From positions 124,001 through 188,000 of the forward strand of contig NIVC01001615.1 in assembly GCA_002269645.1 (NCBI GenBank): a stretch of DNA of 64,000 bases, in the 5' to 3' direction. Of the stretch, positions 39,501-48,235 are shown piece by piece (within the stretch, counting starts at the first letter, position 1; every line of letters starts with the position of its first letter). The translations under genes and the position numbers were made by a program. This DNA is from Macrostomum lignano (lineage: Eukaryota). Below the pieces are notes generated by a model that was given only the letters and a program-made list of their open reading frames with translations, had not been told where the DNA came from and made no database searches.

Positions 39501-42500
39501 GTCCGAAATGCTTGGATTGTATACTGTAAGTGCGGCGGCCGAAAGGTGTTCGTTAAGTTTCTGGAAGCCAGCATTCGTGAATTCGTGCAGAGCACTGGGA
39601 TGAGCAGAAGGCGAGCAGCCGCTGCAGCTCAAGCCTTCGGCCAAGTCAGCCCGCATTTCCCAATGCGAATTGCGGCCCGAGAAAGTCAGCCAAGGCCAAA
39701 TAAGCGGTGTCGCGTCTGCTACTGAGCTGAAAGAATCAAACGATCAATTTACTGCTGCCCTGCGTGTCCAGGTGAACCAGGACTGTCTGGAGACCTGCTT
39801 TCAGCAATGGCATTCTTGAATTCTTGACAGTTTTTGTTCCCAGTGCACGCATGCTGGAAGAATATTTCCTGCTATATTCCCTTCTATACGTGTGCCTGAA
39901 AGAAAATTGAGGAAATGGGTTTCTCCCAGTTAGCTTCTTCTTTCTGAGACTATAATTAAAAATTAATTCAGAATACTAGTGGCGCTAACATCTCGAGTTG
40001 CTGAGAATGCGCCATAAGAATTGTTTGAATGAATGCCAAAAACGAATCGTTTGTATACTTCGTGATAAAACATCTTTAAAGATCTAAGAAACAAGTGATA
40101 GTAATTAAATAACATTTACTTTTTCTGTTATCAATTCTGTCCTGCTCCAAATACGGGTTTATGCGGGGCAAAGAGGGCAACTGCCCCCCAAACAACTTAC
40201 ATCTGTGGCGCCCCCAGCTGCGCAGCTCGCCTTTGTTGTGTCTTTTCCCTTTGCTGCCGCCTCCTAGGTACAAAAATTCTGCACTACTTAATAATTTCCT
40301 GGGTCAAAAAATCTGCATCCGCCTCTGTTCTGCTGACATTTTTCATGTCCCAGTTTTCATGTTTGCATCATACGCTGGTACGAGTAGATTGTTTCTCTTC
40401 AGAAAATTTTAATTAACTTACGCGTACGGTGTTACTCAATTTATTCTTACTCAATTGTTTTCTCACTCAGCAAAAATATACATCAAATTTATATAAACGA
40501 AAACTGATCTTACTGTATACAGTTGTATTTCAAGGAAGCTGAAATTTTTGTACCGTCTGTTGGTTATTTTGATTGAGAAAGAGATCTAAACTACGAGTAA
40601 AAAAATCAGGGAAGCTATCGTTCTAAAAGTTCTGCTTACCATAGCCGACCGGAACGGAGTGTGAATTTTACCATAGATTATATTTGATCTGAATCATCTG
40701 ACTTCTGCCTAGACTGAAACTAGGGTGTGCGCATGGTAAGCAGTGCTTACCATCAGACTTTTGGAGGTTAAATGTCCTAATTAATTTTACTATTTCTACT
40801 TGTAACTACAGTCACATCCTGTTAATCCAGATCTCTCCCAGTCACATCCTGTTAATCCAGATCTCTCCCAGTCACATTCTGCTAATTCAGATCTCTCCCA
40901 GTCACATTCTGTTAATCCAGATCTCTCCCAGTCACATTCTGCTAATCCAGATCTCTCCCAGTCACATCCTGCTAATCCAGATCTCTCCCAGTCACATCCT
41001 GCTAATCCAGATCTCTCCCAGTCACATCCTGTTAATCCAGATCTCTCCCAGTCACATCCTGCTAATCCAGATCTCTCCCAGTCACATCCTGTTAATCCAG
41101 ATCTCTCCCAGTCACATCCTGCTAATCCAGATCTCTCCCAGTCACATCCTGTTAATCCAGATCTCTCCCAGTCACGTCCTGCTAATTCAGATCTCTCCCA
41201 GTCACATTCTGTTAATCCAGATCTCTCCCAGTCACATTCTGCTAATCCAGATCTCTCCCAGTCACATCCTGCTAATCCAGATCTCTCCCAGTCACATCCT
41301 GCTAATCCAGATCTCTCCCAGTCACATCCTGTTAATCCAGATCTCTCCCAGTCACATCCTGCTAATCCAGATCTCTCCCAGTCACATCCTGTTAATCCAG
41401 ATCTCTCCCAGTCACATCCTGCTAATCCAGATCTCTCCCAGTCACATCCTGTTAATCCAGATCTCTCCCAGTCACATCCTGCTAATTCAGATCTCTCCCA
41501 GTCACATCCTGCTAATCCAGATCTCTCCCAGTCACATCCTGTTAATCCAGATCTCTCCCAGTCACATTCTGCTAATTCAGATCTCTCCCAGTCACATTCT
41601 GTTAATCCAGATCTCTCCCAGTCACATTCTGCTAATCCAGATCTCTCCCAGTCACATCCTGCTAATCCAGATCTCTCCCAGTCACATCCTGTTAATCCAG
41701 ATCTCTCCCAGTCACATCCTGCTAATTCAGATCTCTCCCAGTCACATCCTGTTAATCCAGATCTCTCCCAGTCACATCCTGCTAATCCAGATCTCTCCCA
41801 GTCACATCCTGCTAATCCAGATCTCTCCCAGTCACATCCTGTTAATCCAGATCTCTCCCAGTCACATTCTGCTAATCCAGATCTCTCCCAGTCACATTCT
41901 GTTAATCCAGATCTCTCCCAGTCACATCCTGCTAATCCAGATCTCTCCCAGTCACATCCTGTTAATCCAGATCTCTCCCAGTCACATCCTGCTAATCCAG
42001 ATCTCTCCCAGTCACATCCTGTTAATCCAGATCTCTCCCAGTCACATCCTGTTAATCCAGATCTCTCCCAGTCACATCCTGCTAATTCAGATCTCTCCCA
42101 GTCACATCCTGCTAATCCAGATCTCTCCCAGTCACATTCTGTTAATCCAGATCTCTCCCAGTCACATTCTGCTAATTCAGATCTCTCCCAGTCACATTCT
42201 GTTAATCCAGATCTCTCCCAGTCACATTCTGCTAATCCAGATCTCTCCCAGTCACATCCTGCTAATCCAGATCTCTCCCAGTCACATCCTGTTAATCCAG
42301 ATCTCTCCCAGTCACATCCTGCTAATTCAGATCTCTCCCAGTCACATCCTGCTAATTCAGATCTCTCCCAGTCACATCCTGCTAATCCAGATCTCTCCCA
42401 GTCACATCCTGTTAATCCAGATCTCTCCCAGTCACATCCTGCTAATTCAGATCTCTCCCAGTCACATCCTGTTAATCCAGATCTCTCCCAGTCACATCCT

Positions 42501-43207
42501 GCTAATCCAGATCTCTCCCAGTCACATCCTGTTAATCCAGATCTCTCCCAGTCACATCCTGCTAATCCAGATCTCTCCCAGTCACATCCTGCTAATCCAG
42601 ATCTCTCCCAGTCACATCCTGTTAATCCAGATCTCTCCCAGTCACATCCTGCTAATCCAGATCTCTCCCAGTCACATTCTGCTAATCCAGATCTCTCCCA
42701 GTCACATCCTGCTAATCCAGATCTCTCCCAGTCACATCCTGCTAATCCAGATCTCTCCCCAGTCACATCCTGCTAATCCAGATCTCTCCCAGTCACATCC
42801 TGCTAATCTCTGTCAGCTTTTCTTCATCAACGCAGGCCTTGCGCGCAGCTCCCAGCCGCACCGCCAGCTCGTTTTACTCCAAAGACGCGGTGCTGTTCCT
42901 GCTGACGGAGCTGACGGTGCAGGACGGCGCGGACGTGCGCAATGTGCCGGTGTCTGCCTTGGTGAGGCGCCTCTTCTCGGCCCGTGACGGCTCCTACCCG
43001 TTCTCAAACGACGCCGCTAACGAGGGCAAATTTGCCGGCGCTTTCCAGCAGCTGGTGGCGGCCGCTGGCAATGGCGAAGGATTCTCGCCTCCCGGCCAGG
43101 AGCCGGTTGACGAGATCGGCAATCTGCTGCCGCCGCCGCCGCCGCAGCAGCAGCATGAGAACTTCGGCCCGTTGGTGACCTCGTCGCCCGTGTATTCGCT
43201 GATCTGA
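36534..43207 (+). CDS. BIR-like protein B, ~270 aa, 3 exons: 36534-36799, 37486-37660, 42836-43207
   Basis: DRLASF...LAALGFF...IVCFACG in exon 1. Splice AG|GTGAGC..TTTGCAG|A yields CPLQAAR, identical to paralog A. GAT|GTGAGC..AACGCAG|GCC joins exon 3, whose DAVL...LV.RL...F.G.F..LV.A aligns with A. The total of 813 nt is in frame. Confidence 0.75.
36835..37325. repeat. Minisatellite, 31-bp unit (GCCAGCCACTGAGGGGTCAGAGAAGGGGGTA) in BIR-like B intron 1
   Basis: ~15 copies. Confidence 0.93.
37679..40767 (+). mobile_element. piggyBac DNA transposon, ~3.1 kb, TTAA TSDs
   Basis: TTAA at 37675-37678 and 40768-40771; imperfect ends CCTCTTCAAGACT / (rc) CCTCCAAAAGTCT; shared subterminal palindrome ATGGTAAGCAGTGCTTACCAT at 37725-37745 and 40733-40753. 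Confidence 0.9.
38145..39820 (+). pseudogene. piggyBac (PGBD4-like) transposase; DDD core open to 39725, cysteine-rich domain broken
   Basis: SVDESLVLYKGR, FADKWFGS and MGGVDRMD catalytic motifs. After KRCRVCY there is a TGA (39723-25), then SIYCCPACPGEPGL and a frameshifted LETCFQQWH. Confidence 0.88.
40808..42807. repeat. Minisatellite, 30-bp unit (CAGTCACATCCTGYTAATCCAGATCTCTCC), ~66 copies, in BIR-like B intron 2
   Basis: Exact 30-bp period visible line to line. Confidence 0.98.
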
Positions 43208-43715
43208 ATAGACGAACAAGCTGACAGAGAAACTGAATTTTATAACAACTTTGAAAGAAGACTTTAATAGTTTGTGAATGCTTCTATATATATTTGCGTG
43301 CTAGTATGCCCAAACTGCTAATGAATTCGTCCAGGGAAAGCATCATTGATCATGCAGTTTGAGTCTTCTGTATGTTGTCAGAAAACATACGAATTCTGTA
43401 CTCTGAGTAGTTTCATAAGGCGTAGCGCCTCCTGCTCCGAATCTCTCAACTTGTCTGTCAACTTGCTGTTCGAGCGAGTCCGTTAACGCCCGCCCAGGTC
43501 TCAGAATTGTACCACTGGACGGTTTGTCAACAGCGCCGCCCTCTGGCGGTCAAGTAGGGCCTCGGACTGTAGCAATCCAAGCAAGCCCGTTGTGACAGCA
43601 AAGATCTTGTCACCAGACACCAAAGGGAACCAGACCGCTGTTGGTAGACAAACTGCTGACATCGCTTAAGTTGCAGTCTAACACGGTTGTCTAGACCGCA
43701 GATACCAGATATTAA

Positions 43716-44387
43716 CAGTAGAACTACCAAGAGGGGGGGGGATTTTTTTTCTGCGCCGGAACGCAGCAACGCAGGCACACGAAATTCAAGAACGCGGACC
43801 AACTTTCTGTTGCGCACTTTCTCAAACAGGAATCCAGTCGCCGGCCCTCCAGACCGTCGAGATGTTCGACGATTCTGCCAGAGGGTCGGATTTTTCCCGT
43901 GAGCGCTAGTGTGTTCAGTACACCCCGTGAGCCAGTCAGCACTGCGCCTCGGAGTGGCCTTGCCAGGCCTCCATATTTCATCAGCACGTCGACCACATGT
44001 GTCTGCATCAGCTCTGACTTCGATGGTCACTGGCCTTCATCCAAGCGGAGCTTCTGGACCTTCAACAGGTGGCACCAGGTGACTATGGACACCCGGATGC
44101 AAATTTCTCTAGTTTCGCTGATCAAGCCTCGACAGTGGGCGAGCCTCAACTGATAAAATTTGGAGCCTTGGCGGGGCTGCTCTGAGGCGCGGTGCTGATT
44201 GGCTCACAGGGGTGTACTGAACACACTAGCGCTTGCGGGAGGAATCCGACCTTCTGGCAGAATCGTCGAGTGTCTCGCCGGTCTGGAGGGCTGGCGACTG
44301 GATTCTTGTTTGAGAGGGTGCGGAAAAAAAGTTAGCCGTCCTTCTTGGTAGTTCGACGGGCAGAAAAATGGCTTGTTATTCCTACTG
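43716..44387. mobile_element. TTAA-flanked MITE with long diverged inverted arms (ends CAGTAG...CTACTG)
   Basis: TTAA at 43712-43715 and 44388-44391; ~43800-43973 is a diverged reverse complement of ~44160-44335. Confidence 0.8.
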
Positions 44388-45287
44388 TTAAGTACTACGC
44401 GTCCTTATAGGTCTAATCTGTGCTGTGGCAAATTCTTTGCAAGTTTTGGCAAAATGGAACGCCTTGTTACATGATTATTATTCATATTTATTCATATTTA
44501 TTTATGATTATAAAAGTTTAAGCCTAGTGCCCTAACCCAAAAAACTGCTTTAATGACACAGTCCCTACTAAAGTATGAAACTAATTATTGAATTCAAATT
44601 ATCGAACTTTTCAGAGAAGAAACTAGACTAAATCGATCTTTATGATGTCTTGCTAAATGATAAATTTAATTTAATTAATTTAATTTAATTTAAATACTCG
44701 TAGTTTGCTAATTGTTAAGAATATTGTATTTTTCTGTTTTTTTAAAAGCTTTTTACTCAAATTTTACTCAAGTCTGGGCCGCTAGCAGATTTGGCCAGAC
44801 ACTCAGCCTTCGTATTGGCTGCCCTAACCTTGCCACCTTGCTGCTTTGGCCTGGTCTGCTTATAGCGCTCAAATAAACATTTATTCAAGCAGATTCCGAG
44901 TCTACAGGCATTGATTTTCTAAGGATCGTTTATTTAACCAATCGTTTATGTAGCTAGATGCACTACTGTTAGTAAGCTAATCCTCGTCACGACCCCCGAG
45001 TCGATTCCGTGTGCGGCTTGTACGCAGGAGAATAAGTGTTGTGCGATTCTCACAGCCATGAGGGCCGACCTCCAAGGCACAGAGAGTGTACATGCCTGGC
45101 GATTGGAAAGTCGGGGCCGCTGTGCACTCTCTGTGTGAGCGTGTGTACGAGTGCCTGCCTGCGTACAGTATTGGCGCGCTTGTATGTACTCAGCAGTCAG
45201 CGGAATGGGCAGAATTGCCGTCAGCGCTGGCTGTGAGATGATGTCGCCGAAGGCCTCCTGCTATTACTATTGTTTTTTTGATTCCAG

Positions 45288-46250
45288 GCCAATTCCACAG
45301 CAGCTACAGCCGTGCTGGTCTCCACGCGTCGCCTTGGCGACAGCTCCGACACCATCTTCCAGGTGGCGCATCCGGAGTGCCGTCTGCACCTTCTCGATGC
45401 CGATGCCGAATCGTCGTCAGCCAAGGAGGCCGCCGCCGAGCCGGCGCTGGTGTACCTGTGCCAGGTGGGCAGCCCGCCGCGCTACTGGCTGAGCCGCTGC
45501 ACCGCCGATCAGCTTGCGGCCGAGTTCGCCCGGCTGAATCCCCGCCTGGAGGCCCCGCTCGGCCGCGTGCGGGCCGCCATCCTGGCCGGCCTGGCCAGCC
45601 CCGCCGCCGACCTCCGCCTGCTGTCGCCGTCGCTGCTGCAGCTCAGCGGCCGGCTGTCCGAGCACGCGGCCGGCACGGAGTTCCGCTGGCAGTTCCGACT
45701 TCGACCGGCGGGGCCCGACGCTGTCGACGCTCTGCTGGTGCGGCCGCTGGCAGCTGCTGCCGCCGCCGCCGAGGCCGAAGCTGCGGACCTTCGCGATCGG
45801 CTGGGCCGTCTGGGCCGGGCGGCCGCCCAGCTCGCCAGCGACAATGGGCTGCGGTGCCCGCGCCACCTGGCGGACCTCGTTGCCGATGCGGACAAGCTGG
45901 CCGCTGCCGCCGGTGCTGGAGGTCAGGGCGGCGGCGTTGGCAGCATCGCCGCGGTGGCGGAGGCCGCTGGCGAGCGCTGGCAGGAGCGGCTGGCCCGCGC
46001 CGTGGCTGCTGCCGAGTTGGCGGCCGCGGCAGCTGCTGACGGCGCCGCCAGCGCAGCCACGTCGCCGGCTAAAGAGTCTGGAGATGCCGCGCCTGCCGCC
46101 GCCAAGCCGACCAGAGACGAGCGGCTGCTGCTCCGAGTCGAGGACCCCGCCGAGCGGCAGCGCCGAGAGGAGGCCAAACGGAAGCTGGAGGCCGAGCGAG
46201 AGGCTGGAACAAAAAATGTCGTGAAGAAAAAGAAGAAAGGCCTGTTCTGA
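45288..46250 (+). CDS. NHEJ1: XLF/Cernunnos (NHEJ1) homologue, main exon; a 5' exon may be 45058-45132
   Basis: ARLNPRLEAP ~ human KELNKRLTAP; FRWQFRLRPAGPDAVDALLVRPL ~ [23 protein letters not shown]; then a coiled coil and C-terminal KKKKKGLF ~ the XLF Ku-binding motif KKPRGLFS. Acceptor TTGATTCCAG at 45287. Confidence 0.75.
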   Translation, partial: ANSTAATAVLVSTRRLGDSSDTIFQVAHPECRLHLLDADAESSSAKEAAAEPALVYLCQVGSPPRYWLSRCTADQLAAEFARLNPRLEAPLGRVRAAILAGLASPAADLRLLSPSLLQLSGRLSEHAAGTEFRWQFRLRPAGPDAVDALLVRPLAAAAAAAEAEAADLRDRLGRLGRAAAQLASDNGLRCPRHLADLVADADKLAAAAGAGGQGGGVGSIAAVAEAAGERWQERLARAVAAAELAAAAAADGAASAATSPAKESGDAAPAAAKPTRDERLLLRVEDPAERQRREEAKRKLEAEREAGTKNVVKKKKKGLF

Positions 46251-46812
46251 ATGATCTGGCTGGTTGTGACTGCATTCCCGCATTTCTGATTGACTATACA
46301 CTGTATGCGCATCGGTTCTGTGTGTGTACAGCTGTGTAGCGTTTTTCTATTAGTTATAATAGAGTAAATATACAGGCAAAATGCATAGCGAACTTACATT
46401 TATATACGCATATTAAATTTCAGAGACTTCTCAGTGTACTTTTATTTGATTTGCGCGCTGGAATTTTTTCAAAAGATGGAATGATGGCTCTTACTGTAAC
46501 CAGTATCTTCCCTGACTGAGGCCTCAAGTTTGTTGGGACCTCTTGCGCAGTGCCTTAGTCAGAATTGGTTTGGTTAGAGATTCAGTGATGGGGCCACTTC
46601 AAACTCAAGCAGTGTTTTTTGTTTTGCTATTGTCCGGACTGGCTATCTTCTTCCAGGCTCGAGCGCAAGCACTGGCCTATCTTTGAAATGTGCATGTACT
46701 TTTACTTTGTTATTTAATAGGTCGCCAGTGCCTGCATGGGGACAAAGTCAAGAATTCTACATGTATATGTATATGACAATTCCTATACATGTACATTATC
46801 GGTATTTCAGCG

Positions 46813-47575
46813 CTCATTTTAGCGCCGCAGGCAGTCATTTCGGTGCCGCAGGAAGGCAGTCATTCGGTGCCGCAGGAAGGCAGTCATTTCGGTGCCGCAG
46901 GAAGGCAGTCATTTCGGTGCCGCAGGAAGGCAGTCATTTCGGTGCCGCAGGAAGGCAGTCATTTCGGTGCCGCAGGAAGGCAGTCATTTGGTGCCGCAGG
47001 AAGGCAGTCATTTGGTGCCGCAGGAAGGCAGTCATTTGGTGCCGCAGGAAGGCAGTCATTTGGTGCCGCAGGAAGGCAGTCATTTGGTGCCGCAGGAAGG
47101 CAGTCATTTGGTGCCGCAGGAAGGCAGTCATTTGGTGCCGCAGGAAGGCAGTCATTTCGGTGCCGCAGGAAGGCAGTCATTTGGTGCCGCAGGAAGGCAG
47201 TCATTTCGGTGCCGCAGGAAGGCAGTCATTTGGTGCCGCAGGAAGGCAGTCATTTGGTGCCGCAGGAAGGCAGTCATTTCGGTGCCGCAGGAAGGCAGTC
47301 ATTTGGTGCCGCAGGAAGGCAGTCATTATGGTGCCGCAGGAAGGCAGTCATTATGGTGCCGCAGGAAGGCAGTCATTTCGGTGCCGCAGGAAGCAGTCAT
47401 TAGGAAGGCAGTCATTTGGTGCCGCAGGAAGGCAGTCATTTGGTGCCGCAGGAAGGCAGTCATTTTGCCGCAGGAAGGCAGTCATTTCGGTGCCGCAGGA
47501 AGGCAGTCATTTGTCCGCAGGAAGGCAGTCATTAGGAAGGCAGTCATTCGGTGCCGCAGGAAGGCAGTCATTTTG
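46813..47575. repeat. Minisatellite, 24-25-bp unit (GGTGCCGCAGGAAGGCAGTCATTT)
   Basis: ~30 copies. Confidence 0.96.
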
Positions 47576-48235
47576 AATCGGGTCACAAGGTGGGGTGGGG
47601 GCAAAGCATTGGCATGCGGGGGACATGCCCCCCCTGTCCTCCCTGATTTCACAGTCAAGTCGCCAAAAATTCGCCCAGCAATCACTTTGAAATTGGAGTC
47701 ACATTTCTGACGTTTCTGACCTCTGAGACGCTCTGGACAGTTTTTACGGGTAAACAATGGATTATTCCCGTCCAATAGTTTGAGAAAAAAGTTACAAAGT
47801 GAAGTGGAATACGATTCGAACCACATCTGTAATGGTGCGCACGCTCGTTACTCTACATGCTGCGACAGGTGTATTTTCGCGTTTATATTGAAATTTTACG
47901 AAGAAAACCTGGCACGTACTATACAGCACAGGCTTGCAAACGTCGAACTTGAAAATTACGATAGCAACAAACAATTCAAATTTGAAAAACACACCGTACA
48001 ACGGCTAACCAAGTACCAGAGAGGAAACCAATTAGCCAAGCTTATAGGAAACGTATAACGCATTTATCAACAAATACAAACTAACTGACTACTTAAAGTA
48101 CTAATAAAGCAAACAATTTTCATACTACAATAACTACTGAAATTTTCGACTTTACCATAAAAAATTTCTAATGATTATGACTATGGTGCCTCTGATGTAA
48201 AGCTGTCAGTCTTATAGCATCTGTCTGTCTGCCTG

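Noticed and set aside
40796-42766. 656-aa ORF with GCDWERSGLA repeats
   Set aside because: Antisense translation of the 30-bp intronic array; no unique domain.
47780-48058. 92-aa ORF near the CYP20A1 3' end
   Set aside because: Non-ATG start and no recognisable motif; possibly a TE remnant.
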